A stretch of 64,000 nt of DNA from Spirochaetota bacterium (GTDB lineage: Bacteria; Spirochaetota; UBA4802; UBA5550). The notes beneath the pieces were generated by a model that worked only from the letters and a program-made list of their open reading frames with translations, ran no database searches and was not told where the DNA came from. The DNA is taken from contig JBGSQT010000030.1 of NCBI GenBank assembly GCA_041737965.1, forward strand, positions 6,633-70,632. The letters run 5' to 3'. Below, piece after piece: positions 18,873 through 28,374 of this stretch (position 1 is its first letter; each line of letters opens with the position of its first letter). A program made the position numbers and the translations under genes.

Positions 18873-19061
18873 ATGGCGAAAAAGAAAACAACGTACAGCT
18901 GCATAGAGTGCGAGCGTTCGCTTCTGGTGGGGGAGGAAGAGGAAGTGCCGGACTGCTGCGGCGCGAAGATGAAGCCCCTCTCCCAGTGCACCACGGCGGA
19001 CCATGCTGAAATGGCTCGAAACGAGGACGAAAGCGACGCCTGCGACGACAACAGGGAATAA
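18873..19061 (+). CDS. Desulforedoxin-like small metal-binding protein (62 aa)
   Basis: GGAGG RBS; YSCIEC...DCCGAKM plus an acidic tail with two more Cys. Confidence 0.75.
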   Translation: MAKKKTTYSCIECERSLLVGEEEEVPDCCGAKMKPLSQCTTADHAEMARNEDESDACDDNRE

Positions 19062-19145
19062 AAAAAATTCTTGAAATAAAAAACCCTCCCCTGTAGTAAC
19101 CTGAATGAAATCAAGAGTGATGATACAAGGGGGGGAGGTTATTTA

Positions 19146-19775
19146 ATGCCTAAGAAAAATCTGGCCTTTGACGAGAAAGGCCCCAAAAGAATCGAACTGT
19201 CCTGGAAAATATTCTGGAAAGATTTCACCGTAAGTTTTGACGGTCAGGAGATCGGAAGGATGAACGGCCGGCAGGAACTCACCGCGGGATGGGAATTCGA
19301 CCTTCCCGACGGTACCGTCCTGACGGTACGGCTGGTGAACAGGTTTCTTTCCCCGGAACTGCAGGTCCTCAGGAACGGGGAGCCGCTGCCGGGTTCCGGC
19401 TCCGACCCGAACCAGAAAGTGAAGATCGCCTCCGGGATCATCTTTTTTATAGGCGGGCTCAACACGATCCTGTCGCTCGTCTCAATCGGATCGAAATCGG
19501 TGTTTCTGACAGGGATGGGCATCGGATACGCGTCTCTCGCTTTCGGCTGCGTCTTTCTTCTGCTGGGTTTTTTCGTGCTGAAGCGGTCGGCAGTCGCCTT
19601 GATCCTCGCGCTTGTACTGCTGGCGCTCGACGCGCTCTTCGGGATGTATGCGGGAATCAGCGGGTCCGGCAGGATGCCTGCCGGCGGGCTCGTGATGCGG
19701 ATATTTTTCATCATCTTCATTTATCAGGGGCTGGCCGCTATCCGGGATATCAAGAAAAAATCCTCAGCCATGTGA
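19146..19775 (+). CDS. Hypothetical membrane protein
   Basis: GGAGG RBS; soluble beta-rich N-terminal domain followed by four TM helices. Confidence 0.75.
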   Translation: MPKKNLAFDEKGPKRIELSWKIFWKDFTVSFDGQEIGRMNGRQELTAGWEFDLPDGTVLTVRLVNRFLSPELQVLRNGEPLPGSGSDPNQKVKIASGIIFFIGGLNTILSLVSIGSKSVFLTGMGIGYASLAFGCVFLLLGFFVLKRSAVALILALVLLALDALFGMYAGISGSGRMPAGGLVMRIFFIIFIYQGLAAIRDIKKKSSAM

Positions 19776-20741
19776 GTAGTATTCCGCCGGGCAGAGCTCC
19801 GCGAAAGTCGTCCCGGACCCCGCGAGGAAGGCCCGGGCGTCGTTGCAGAGATGGCATTTGTTCAGATATCCCTCCGCAGGGGAGAACCCGTGCTCACGCG
19901 CGATTTTTACCAGGCCCCGCACCCCTTCCCGGTACAGGGCGGTAATGAGCGGGTATCTGTCCGGGTCAAGCGTGATTCCGATATCGTCCGCCGGAAAGGA
20001 CAGTCCCGCGCAAAGACCGGGAACGTAGCCGCCGTAAAGATCGATGTGGAAATGCGTGGTGTCCGCCAGTTCCGCGCATCCGCGCCCCTGCGCCAGGATC
20101 GCTCCGGCTTCGATACGGCCGTGTATGTCCAGAAGAAAATCGATCGCTCTCCCGCCCGGATGGAGGCGGTAACGCCGGGGAATCGCTTCCACCGCGTCGC
20201 GTCCGTACAGGGCCGCGTACTCGCCGAGTCCGTGTGTTCTGTCGTCTCCCATTTGGTCAAGCTCGCCGAAAAAATCTCCGATCCACGGGAAGACGTCCAT
20301 CCCGGACCTGCCGCACGCTTCCATTACGCCTTTTATCTTCCACAGGGGGACGTATTCGTTGTGGAAGGGGCTTATGGACACCAGAAGCGTGCGCACACCG
20401 AGGTTCCGGAACCTGGCCAGAAGGTCCGCGGCCCCCTGTCCGTCCCGGTACCAGGATGAATTGGTCTCCACATATTCGATGGAGACCCCGCATTCCTGTG
20501 CCGCCGAAAGGACGGTCACCAGCGCCTCCGGGTCAAGAAGCGGTTCCCCGCCGCCGATGTGCGCCGAATTGCAGCCGCCTGCACGAACGGCGCCGAAGGC
20601 CTTGAGCGCCCCCTCGCGGTCCATATAGGCGCGGTCCCGGCCCGGCGAGCACCGGTAGAGGCAGTGGGCGCATCTTGAGGAACAGCGGTAGTTCACGATC
20701 ACTCCGCCGGATAAAAGCCCCCTGACTGCAAATCCGTTCAT
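19764..20741 (-). CDS. Radical SAM protein of unknown function
   Basis: CSSRCAHC (CxxxCxxC), GGGEP and ETN motifs; C-terminal Cys cluster (C...PGLC...KCHLC). Alternative TTG start at 20762. Confidence 0.88.
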   Translation of the reverse strand: MNGFAVRGLLSGGVIVNYRCSSRCAHCLYRCSPGRDRAYMDREGALKAFGAVRAGGCNSAHIGGGEPLLDPEALVTVLSAAQECGVSIEYVETNSSWYRDGQGAADLLARFRNLGVRTLLVSISPFHNEYVPLWKIKGVMEACGRSGMDVFPWIGDFFGELDQMGDDRTHGLGEYAALYGRDAVEAIPRRYRLHPGGRAIDFLLDIHGRIEAGAILAQGRGCAELADTTHFHIDLYGGYVPGLCAGLSFPADDIGITLDPDRYPLITALYREGVRGLVKIAREHGFSPAEGYLNKCHLCNDARAFLAGSGTTFAELCPAEYYSHG

Positions 20742-20754
20742 TCCGCGGCTCCGT

Positions 20755-21579
20755 TTATCCAATCACGGCCAGCCCGAACGGCAAAGCCAGAATATACGCC
20801 GCCGCCGTTGCGGCCAGGGTGCTCAGAAAATTCACCATGTCGTTGTCTATGACGCGGAAGCCGCCGATGCGCTCGTTCGGCACGCCGCGCGTGAATGCGG
20901 TTTCCACCTCATTTCCGGTGATGGTCTCCCGGTATTTCGCCTGGATTGTGGCGCCAAGCAGGCTGTCGCAGACCGAACCGAGGAATCCGCAGGAGGCGGC
21001 CACCGCAATCCGGCCCGAGAGGAACGCGGTCACGGGGGAAAAAAGCGCTAAGGCGGCCCCGGCGATAAGAGCGATAAAGGCCGCGCCGGCCAGGGACGCG
21101 GCGAGGCCGGGAAGGCTCACGCCGCCGGAGCTTCCTGCCGGGACCGGCTTCAGGGAGATTATGGACACCGGCGGCTTTCTTGCAAGGGCGCCGATCTCGC
21201 TCCCCCACGTGTCGGCGTTGGCGGAGGCGAAGGCGGCGGTGAGGAGCAGGAGGAACAGATGGTCGCCCGTGATCCGGTAACAGACCGCCATGGCGCATCC
21301 GGCCCCGCCGTTGGCGAGGACCTGGGCCCAGTCCCGGCGCCCCCCCTTCGCCGGACGCCGGGCCATCCCCTCCTTGACCGATTTTTTATACGAGCTCAGA
21401 ATGCTCGATGACACAAAAAAAGCCCCCATCACCATCCATGGGCCGGGACCGCCCGCGTAGAAGATGATCGTGCCCAGGAGTATTCCCGCCGCAAGCCCGC
21501 TCCGTGACAGGGATTTTTTATGATAGGCGGCAGCGCCGAGTGCGGTGTTGGCAATAACGGCCATGGCCAGTTCGAGCAT
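20755..21579 (-). CDS. DUF92 (TMEM19-like) membrane protein
   Basis: RRDWAQVLANGG, ADTWGSEIG, GSSGGVS, DSLLGATIQ and NDMVNF motifs; GGAGG RBS before MLELAM. Confidence 0.92.
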   Translation of the reverse strand: MLELAMAVIANTALGAAAYHKKSLSRSGLAAGILLGTIIFYAGGPGPWMVMGAFFVSSSILSSYKKSVKEGMARRPAKGGRRDWAQVLANGGAGCAMAVCYRITGDHLFLLLLTAAFASANADTWGSEIGALARKPPVSIISLKPVPAGSSGGVSLPGLAASLAGAAFIALIAGAALALFSPVTAFLSGRIAVAASCGFLGSVCDSLLGATIQAKYRETITGNEVETAFTRGVPNERIGGFRVIDNDMVNFLSTLAATAAAYILALPFGLAVIG

Positions 21580-21762
21580 CGTGTGTCCTCCCGGCCCCTT
21601 CGGAGAATTCAGGCGGGGGCCGCTTCGGGAGTTAGTATCATCGGACACCGTGCAGGTCAAGAATAATCGCCCCCTGCCCGGCATCCCGGGTAAGAAACTG
21701 CGGGAAAATCGCGAAAAAAACTGTTCATTTGCCGGCCCTGTAGTGTACTTTGAAAGGGGGGA

Positions 21763-22941
21763 ATGGCGTCCATGGAAGTTCTTGCGATACTGGCGGCGGT
21801 GGTGCTGGCGGCGGCCCTTATAATTGCCGCGGACAGGCGGATAAAGCACAACGGGGCCGCGTTTCGGGCCACAGGGGAGGCCGCGGGGCTTCCCTACATG
21901 CGGGGAGGGCTTTTCAGCAGGCCCGGCGTGTACGGAGAGGTCCGGAATTTCAGGGTGACGGTCCGTCATGCGGGAGTGTTCCTTACGGAAAGGACGAAGA
22001 GACGGTGGAGAACGCTCATTCGGGTGTATGTCGATCACTCCGTGCCGCTGGAGGGGCATTTCACGGTGTACAGCGGAGGACTCGTTGTCCGCCGCTGGGG
22101 CCGGACTCAGAAGTCCACCGGTTACGACGCGTTCGACCGCGTTCACGGCCTCTATGCCACGGGGAGCCATGTGCTGCCGGCGGTACTTCGAAGCGACGCG
22201 ATGGAGATGGTCCTCAGGCTGAGGGAGCTCACCGATACCTACGAAATCACCAGGAGCTGGTTCCGCGCCTATTTTACCCGGCACAACGCCGCCGTACTTG
22301 CTGAAGCCGTTCACCTGATGAGCGGCGTGAGCGCGATACTGTGCCGCGGCGGCGACGCCAGGGACCTGCTGACGGAGAACATCAGCCTCGAGGGGAATTA
22401 CGGGTTCAGACTCCTGTGCCTGAGGGAACTGACGGCGCGTTTTCCCATGGACGCCCCCATGGAAGAGTTCCTGCGGCGGCGCATGGAGGGGGATTCGCCG
22501 GACCTTCGTGTGGCGGCGGCGGGACATCTGTCCCAAGACGGCATGGCCTATCTTCTGCGGCTCCTGGACGAGGGGTCAGAGCCCTCTCTGGTGCCCCAGA
22601 TTGTCGGCACACTGGCGGGTTTTCGGAGTGCGGCGGCCCTTCCTGCCCTGAAAAAACTGTATGCAACCGGCGACCCGCTGCAGCGCAGAGCGGTCCTCCG
22701 CGCCTTCGGGACGATAGGGGACGGTTCGGTAACCTCCTTTCTGGCGGAGGATCTGGCGGCCGCGGCGCCGGAGCTACGCACCGATCTCGCCGACGCACTC
22801 GGGGCCTGCGGCACGGCTGATGCGCTTGAGCCGCTTCTGGAGGCGGCGGAATCGTGGCGCGGAGAGGGGGATGCCTGGGCGGCCGCCGCGGCCGCCGCGG
22901 AAAAAATTCGGGAGCGGGCCGGGAAAGGTCGAGACCGGTGA
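21763..22941 (+). CDS. Membrane-anchored protein with C-terminal HEAT-like repeats
   Basis: N-terminal TM; repeats LRVAAAGHL, RRAVLRAFGTIG, RTDLADALGACG. Confidence 0.7.
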   Translation: MASMEVLAILAAVVLAAALIIAADRRIKHNGAAFRATGEAAGLPYMRGGLFSRPGVYGEVRNFRVTVRHAGVFLTERTKRRWRTLIRVYVDHSVPLEGHFTVYSGGLVVRRWGRTQKSTGYDAFDRVHGLYATGSHVLPAVLRSDAMEMVLRLRELTDTYEITRSWFRAYFTRHNAAVLAEAVHLMSGVSAILCRGGDARDLLTENISLEGNYGFRLLCLRELTARFPMDAPMEEFLRRRMEGDSPDLRVAAAGHLSQDGMAYLLRLLDEGSEPSLVPQIVGTLAGFRSAAALPALKKLYATGDPLQRRAVLRAFGTIGDGSVTSFLAEDLAAAAPELRTDLADALGACGTADALEPLLEAAESWRGEGDAWAAAAAAAEKIRERAGKGRDR

Positions 22942-23092
22942 ACGACTGACTTGTCAGGCCGGGAGACGATCACGGTGAATTCGTGTGATTATGTCGCTTA
23001 TGTGAGGGGATTTCACCGGCCGCCTCCGACTGTGCGGTTTTCGCTGATTGAGGCTGCTTTACTTTTCTTTCAGGGGTGATTATTTTTCTATT

Positions 23093-25429
23093 ATGCAGAG
23101 TACACGGATTCTCATCGTAGAAGACGAAACGATCATCGCACTTCACATAAGGCGGCTTCTTGAAAATATGAAGTACGATGTCGTGGATTCCGTCACGAGC
23201 GGCGAGGAGGCCGTTACCGCCGCGGCGAACCTTGCGCCGGACCTTGTACTGATGGACATTATTCTGTCCGGAAAAATGGACGGTATTGAGGCGGCGCGGC
23301 AGGTCCGCGAGCGGATGAATATACCGGTGGTGTTTCTCACGGCCCATGCTGACGCAGGGACGGTGATGAGGGCAAGGGAATCGGAGCCATTCGGCTACGT
23401 GATGAAACCGGTTAACATGGAGGACCTTTTTTCTACCATCGACACCGCCCTGCACAGGCACCGCCTCGAACGGGAGCTGGCGGAAATGACCCGGGACCTC
23501 TCCAGCGCGAACGATGAACTGAAGACTACTGTGGAGGAACTGGAGCAGGCCAACCTTGAACTCACCGCCACCGTGTCGGAACTTACCGAAACGAGAAACA
23601 ACCTGGAAATGAGCAACATCCTTCACAGGGAGAGCGAGGAGAAATACAGGGCCCTTTTTGACAACATGGCACAGGGCGCCTTCTATCAGCGGTCCGACGG
23701 AGTGGTGACGGACGTGAATTCCTCGGCGCTGAAAATGTTCGGCATCGGCAGGGATGAATTTCTCGGAACGGCCTTTTTGGAAAGCAAATGGGACATGATC
23801 GATGAATCCGGCAATCCCGTCGTTTCCGAAGGGCACCCGTCCATAACGGCCCTGCGGACAGGACAGGTCGTCAAAGACTTCATTGCCGGAGTTTTCAACC
23901 CTGCGGCAGGCTCCCATGTGTGGATGGCGATCAACGCGATCCCCATGTACCGCGAAGGGGAGGCCGACCCTTATCAGGTTTTCGTCACCCTCCATGACAT
24001 CACGGAACGAAAAAAAATGGAACAGGACCTGGCGGTAAACGAGCTTCGCAAGAGGATTATTTTCGAGAATATGCCGGTGGGAATGTTTCAGTCCACGCCG
24101 GACGGGAAGATAGTCTCCATAAACAAGGCATTTGCGGACATCATGGGTTACGATTCCGAGGAGGAGCTGATCGACCGTGTCGCCAGGTCTTCCGTCGCCG
24201 AGGTGCTGTACGAGGACCCGGACCGCAGGCCGAAACTGGTGACTGAGGTATTGGCATCCCCCGGGGACTGGAAAAGCTTTGAGAACAGGTACCGGAGAAA
24301 GGACGGTTCCACGATCGACGGACTGCTCTATTTGTCGGTCAGTGACGATCCGGTGACGGGCACACAATTTCTTTACGGATTCGTGCAGGACGTCACCGAC
24401 CGGTTTGCCGCCGAAAGGAAACTTAGGGAACAGAACATTTTTTTTCAGACACTCATCGACACGATCCCAAACCCCATTTTTTATAAAGACCGGTACGGCG
24501 TCTATACCGGGTGCAATACGGCATTCATTGATTTCATCGGAAAGGAAAGGGGAGAGATCATCGGAAAAACCGTGTACGATTTAGGGCCGAAGGAGGTCGC
24601 GGACCGCTACCATGAAATGGACGAGGAGCTCTACCGGCACCGGGGAAGGCAGCGCTACGAGTGGATGGTGAAGGACGGAAGCGGGGAGCTGAGGGACGTG
24701 CTCTTCAACAAGGCGGTATTCGCCGACGCGGCAGGCGAGGTCGCGGGGATTGTGGGGGTGATCTCGGACATCACCGGGCACAGGGAGGTGGAGGAGTCGC
24801 TGCGCGATTCCCTTGCGCGAAAGGAGGTGCTGCTCAGGGAGATAAATCACCGTGTGAAAAACAACCTGCAGATGATCGTCAGCATTCTGGACCTGCAGGC
24901 CCACGAGATAACCGATCCGGCAACGCTGGGACGATTCAATGACATGATAAGCCGGATCAAGGCGATCTCTTTGATCCACGAGAGCCTGTGCCACTCGGAA
25001 AACCTTGCGGCCGTTGACATTACAGGATATATTGAACGCCTGGCCCGGGAGCTTGTCCGGAGCAGCGGGGGAATGGCACGTGGCGTTGACCTGACGATGC
25101 AGGGACCGCCGGTCTATCAGCCCCTGGATCTGGCCATTCCCTGCGGGTTGATTGTAAACGAAATTGTCACCAACTCGCTGAAATACGCGTTTCCTGATGG
25201 CCGGGCGGAAAAACCGGTAATCGCTTTTACAGTTTCAAAGTCTGGCGAAACCATAGAAATATCCGTGCGGGACAACGGCATCGGGCTTCCGGAGGGGACG
25301 GAGCCGGGAGTCGGCAGCACCCTGGGGATGACGTTGCTGCCGATGCTGGCCCAGCAGCTCGACGGGGCGATCTCGGTCTATCGCGGCGAAGGGACCGGTT
25401 ATACACTGACTTTCAGGGCGACGCGGTGA
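23093..25429 (+). CDS. Hybrid sensor: REC - coiled coil - 3xPAS - HisKA_2-type histidine kinase
   Basis: ILIVEDE/LMDI REC; PAS ends HDITERK, QDVTDR, SDITGHR; EINHRVKNNLQ, NEIVTNSLKYAF, DNGIG. Confidence 0.93.
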   Translation: MQSTRILIVEDETIIALHIRRLLENMKYDVVDSVTSGEEAVTAAANLAPDLVLMDIILSGKMDGIEAARQVRERMNIPVVFLTAHADAGTVMRARESEPFGYVMKPVNMEDLFSTIDTALHRHRLERELAEMTRDLSSANDELKTTVEELEQANLELTATVSELTETRNNLEMSNILHRESEEKYRALFDNMAQGAFYQRSDGVVTDVNSSALKMFGIGRDEFLGTAFLESKWDMIDESGNPVVSEGHPSITALRTGQVVKDFIAGVFNPAAGSHVWMAINAIPMYREGEADPYQVFVTLHDITERKKMEQDLAVNELRKRIIFENMPVGMFQSTPDGKIVSINKAFADIMGYDSEEELIDRVARSSVAEVLYEDPDRRPKLVTEVLASPGDWKSFENRYRRKDGSTIDGLLYLSVSDDPVTGTQFLYGFVQDVTDRFAAERKLREQNIFFQTLIDTIPNPIFYKDRYGVYTGCNTAFIDFIGKERGEIIGKTVYDLGPKEVADRYHEMDEELYRHRGRQRYEWMVKDGSGELRDVLFNKAVFADAAGEVAGIVGVISDITGHREVEESLRDSLARKEVLLREINHRVKNNLQMIVSILDLQAHEITDPATLGRFNDMISRIKAISLIHESLCHSENLAAVDITGYIERLARELVRSSGGMARGVDLTMQGPPVYQPLDLAIPCGLIVNEIVTNSLKYAFPDGRAEKPVIAFTVSKSGETIEISVRDNGIGLPEGTEPGVGSTLGMTLLPMLAQQLDGAISVYRGEGTGYTLTFRATR

Positions 25430-25564
25430 TGAGGGGCGTGCCGGGGAAGTCCGGCGGCCGGTTCCATGATGCCCGGCATGACGTTTCCGGAATTCAGACA
25501 AAGTAATTGACGCGGCAGGAGAGCCGTGCGAGTATGATCTACACTTTACTACACGGATTTAATC

Positions 25565-27043
25565 ATGAACGACACATCTCTTCTGGCGCAGCGCCTGCTG
25601 GAAAAAGGCGAGAAAATCGAACTGACATTTCAGTTCGCCACCGACGACGATCTTCTCCAAATCTATTCGATCGCCTCAAAGGTCCTCTCGAGGATTGACA
25701 GGGTATTCTTTCTCGAGTCTCTCATCACGATGCTCAGGGAGCTGATCCATAACGCCTTCAAGGCCAACGCGAAACGGGTGTTTTTCAGAAAAATGGGTGT
25801 TCCCATTGACGACCCGGATTCGTATGCCGCCGGCATGGCGGACTTCAGCGTTCGTTTGAAAAAAGGGTTCGAGGGTTTTAAGGAGGATCTGGAGCACAGC
25901 GATCTGTACGTGGGCGTAACCATGGAGAAGGCAACAGATGGGATCATCATACAGATTGTCAACAATTCGGCAATGACAGGCGACGAGCTGAATAAAATCC
26001 ACGCCAGGATCAGGGACGCGAAAAAAAACGTCAGTTTCATGGAGGTGTACAACCAGGTGTACGATACCTCGGAAGGCGCGGGACTTGGAATAATTCTCGT
26101 CCTGATGCTCATGAGACATTCGGGAATAGACATGGAAAATTTTTCCATGTTTTCCGACAGGGGTATCACCAGGGCCGTCATCACGGTTCCCTTTAATTTC
26201 AGGCCGCTGGAAATCACCACTCGGGTGAAGGAGGAGATTCTCGTAACAGCGGGTTGCCTTCCCGTCCTGCCCGAAAGCGTCAACGAACTCCTGCCGATGT
26301 GCGCCGACGAATCGGTGACAGTGGACCAGATGACGAAAAAAATTCTGCATGACCCGTCCCTGGCCGCCGACCTTCTTAAAACCGCCAACTCTGCCGGGTT
26401 CGTTTCCAACAGGAGGATAGAATCCATCCATGACGCGCTTATGGTGATCGGGTTTGAAAACTTCGAGTCCCTGCTCCTGGTGGCGGGGGCGAAGAGGATC
26501 CTTTCCCAGAGGTATAAAAAATTCGAGGAACTGTGGGACCACTGCTACAAGACGGCCTTTTATGCCAGGGCCCTGGCGAAAAAACTGGGACGGCAGGACC
26601 TTTCGGAAAAAGTGGCGCTGGCCGGTCTGCTTCACGATCTCGGGAAAATAGTGCTCCTGTCGGTCAGCCTGGATCTGGTACACCAGATTGCCGACCTTGT
26701 GGCGAACCGAAAAATAAGGACCACCACGCTCATCGAAGAGGCCACCATCGGATTGAGCCACGCCAGCATCGGCGGCATGATCGCTTCGGCGTGGAATTTT
26801 CCCGAGTATCTCGTGGAGGCGATCTCGCTGCACCATACTCCCCTCAGCGCAGCCGAGGAGAACAGGGACGTCGTCTACATCACCTATCTTGCCAACATGA
26901 TGCTTGGGGTCGAATCCGGCGCGGTGCATTACTGGTTCCTGGAAACACAGGTGCTCGAAAGGTACAATCTGGTTTCCGGCGGCTCCTTCAAGGCGATTCA
27001 CGATTCCGTTTTGGAGACCTACACCCGGCATTTCAATATCTGA
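25565..27043 (+). CDS. HDOD-domain signalling protein with N-terminal HATPase-like domain
   Basis: RELIHNAFKAN...EGAGLG in the N-terminal half; LPVLP, DPSLAADLLKTANSA, GLLHDLGK, WNFP and HH in the HDOD half. Confidence 0.9.
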   Translation: MNDTSLLAQRLLEKGEKIELTFQFATDDDLLQIYSIASKVLSRIDRVFFLESLITMLRELIHNAFKANAKRVFFRKMGVPIDDPDSYAAGMADFSVRLKKGFEGFKEDLEHSDLYVGVTMEKATDGIIIQIVNNSAMTGDELNKIHARIRDAKKNVSFMEVYNQVYDTSEGAGLGIILVLMLMRHSGIDMENFSMFSDRGITRAVITVPFNFRPLEITTRVKEEILVTAGCLPVLPESVNELLPMCADESVTVDQMTKKILHDPSLAADLLKTANSAGFVSNRRIESIHDALMVIGFENFESLLLVAGAKRILSQRYKKFEELWDHCYKTAFYARALAKKLGRQDLSEKVALAGLLHDLGKIVLLSVSLDLVHQIADLVANRKIRTTTLIEEATIGLSHASIGGMIASAWNFPEYLVEAISLHHTPLSAAEENRDVVYITYLANMMLGVESGAVHYWFLETQVLERYNLVSGGSFKAIHDSVLETYTRHFNI

Positions 27044-27133
27044 CCTTTTACGGGAGGGCCCGCTGTTTGAAGGCGGCACCCGTCACGTGTGGACGTTGTT
27101 TTCAGATGATGCTGTTTTTGTCTGGGAGGGGGC

Positions 27134-27550
27134 ATGCCGGAAATCCGGGAAAATAGCGCCGAATTGAAACGCGGCGGCTTCGGGCCGGAATATCCTGCTG
27201 AGCCGGTATCGGTCAGCGCGGCCGATACCGTTCCGGAAACAAGGAAGGCTTTCCTGTGCCGGTTCTGCGGCCTGATAATCACCTTCCCCGATATGCAGAT
27301 AGAAATCAACGGGACCGTGCGTCACGTGTTCACCAATCCATCCGGGATCGTCTATGAGATCTCCTGCTTTTCCTCGGCCCGGGGGTGCGTGGTATTGGGC
27401 GAGCCTACGGAAGAGTTCACCTGGTTTCCCGGTTTCCTGTGGAGCTTCGCGGTCTGTTCGCAGTGCCGCAACCATCTGGGCTGGTTTTATCAGGCGGGCG
27501 GTTCAAGTTTTTACGGCCTCGTGTCGGCTTATCTTGTCGAAAACGGATGA
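27134..27550 (+). CDS. Stand-alone cereblon / CULT (thalidomide-binding) domain protein
   Basis: CRFC...FTNPSG...FTWFPGFLW...CSQC..HLGWFY...FYGL: Zn-binding CxxC pair and three cage Trp residues. Confidence 0.92.
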   Translation: MPEIRENSAELKRGGFGPEYPAEPVSVSAADTVPETRKAFLCRFCGLIITFPDMQIEINGTVRHVFTNPSGIVYEISCFSSARGCVVLGEPTEEFTWFPGFLWSFAVCSQCRNHLGWFYQAGGSSFYGLVSAYLVENG

Positions 27551-28374
27551 ATACCCCCCGCGATTTCCCTCAGGCGGTCCATGAGAACCATCTCCCGTTC
27601 GACCTCCTCCCGGCTTTCGGGAGGAGGGGTGATCCTCCGCATCAGCAGCAGTTCCATGCCGTGCTTCATAAGCAATTCGTCGAATTTCACTATTTCCGAC
27701 TGCCTTTCGGCCAGGGCATTGCGCCGCCTCAGGAAGGCCGAGTCCGCTTCCGATCCGTCTTCATACAGAGAAAAGGCCTTCAATGCGGCCCGGAGCAGGA
27801 CGAGCATCCCGTCGATGTTCCCCCGGGCGCCGGAGGCAAGGTGTGCGAGAAACTGGTCTCTGACTGGAGAGCCGGCATATCCGGAAACCCGCACAATGAC
27901 CCTGGCGGCGATTACCGCGTCCCTGCATTCCCCCTCCGCGGAGAGCACCCCCGGCAGCGGATACCGGAGGCGAAGGCTTCGCACGTAGCGTTCCGTCTCT
28001 TCGATTCCCGGCGTGATGAGGGCGATCGAATTTCCGGCCCGTATCTCCAGCGGGGCGGCAGCGGCCGCCTCCCGGATGAGCAGGTCTTCCTGCTCTGCGG
28101 TGAGCCCTGTCACGGGGACGTGCGGCTCCACAAATTCCCTTGCACGGCGGTCCGGATGGACGATAAGGCTGACAAGCGGCGCCCCTTCGTCGGACACGAG
28201 CGCCGCGGCGAACTCCTCCGGCGAATCGATGCCCAGTGATGAACGGGCGAAGTCGAAGGCCCCCCTGTCGGCGTCGAAACCGCCCGACAGAAGCCCGATC
28301 AACGCATCGCGCAGGATTGAAATCGAATCATCCAAAACGAGAAGGCTCCCTTCAACCGGTTTTGCGGCGCTCAA
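27529..28374 (-). CDS. Hypothetical protein (281 aa)
   Basis: TTG start overlapping the upstream stop; protein-like composition; converges on the cereblon gene. Confidence 0.65.
   Translation of the reverse strand: MSAAKPVEGSLLVLDDSISILRDALIGLLSGGFDADRGAFDFARSSLGIDSPEEFAAALVSDEGAPLVSLIVHPDRRAREFVEPHVPVTGLTAEQEDLLIREAAAAAPLEIRAGNSIALITPGIEETERYVRSLRLRYPLPGVLSAEGECRDAVIAARVIVRVSGYAGSPVRDQFLAHLASGARGNIDGMLVLLRAALKAFSLYEDGSEADSAFLRRRNALAERQSEIVKFDELLMKHGMELLLMRRITPPPESREEVEREMVLMDRLREIAGGIHPFSTR

Noticed and set aside
21580-22536. Long N-terminal extension of the DUF92 ORF (593 aa)
   Set aside because: It overlaps the plus-strand HEAT-repeat gene, and a GGAGG RBS supports the start at 21579.
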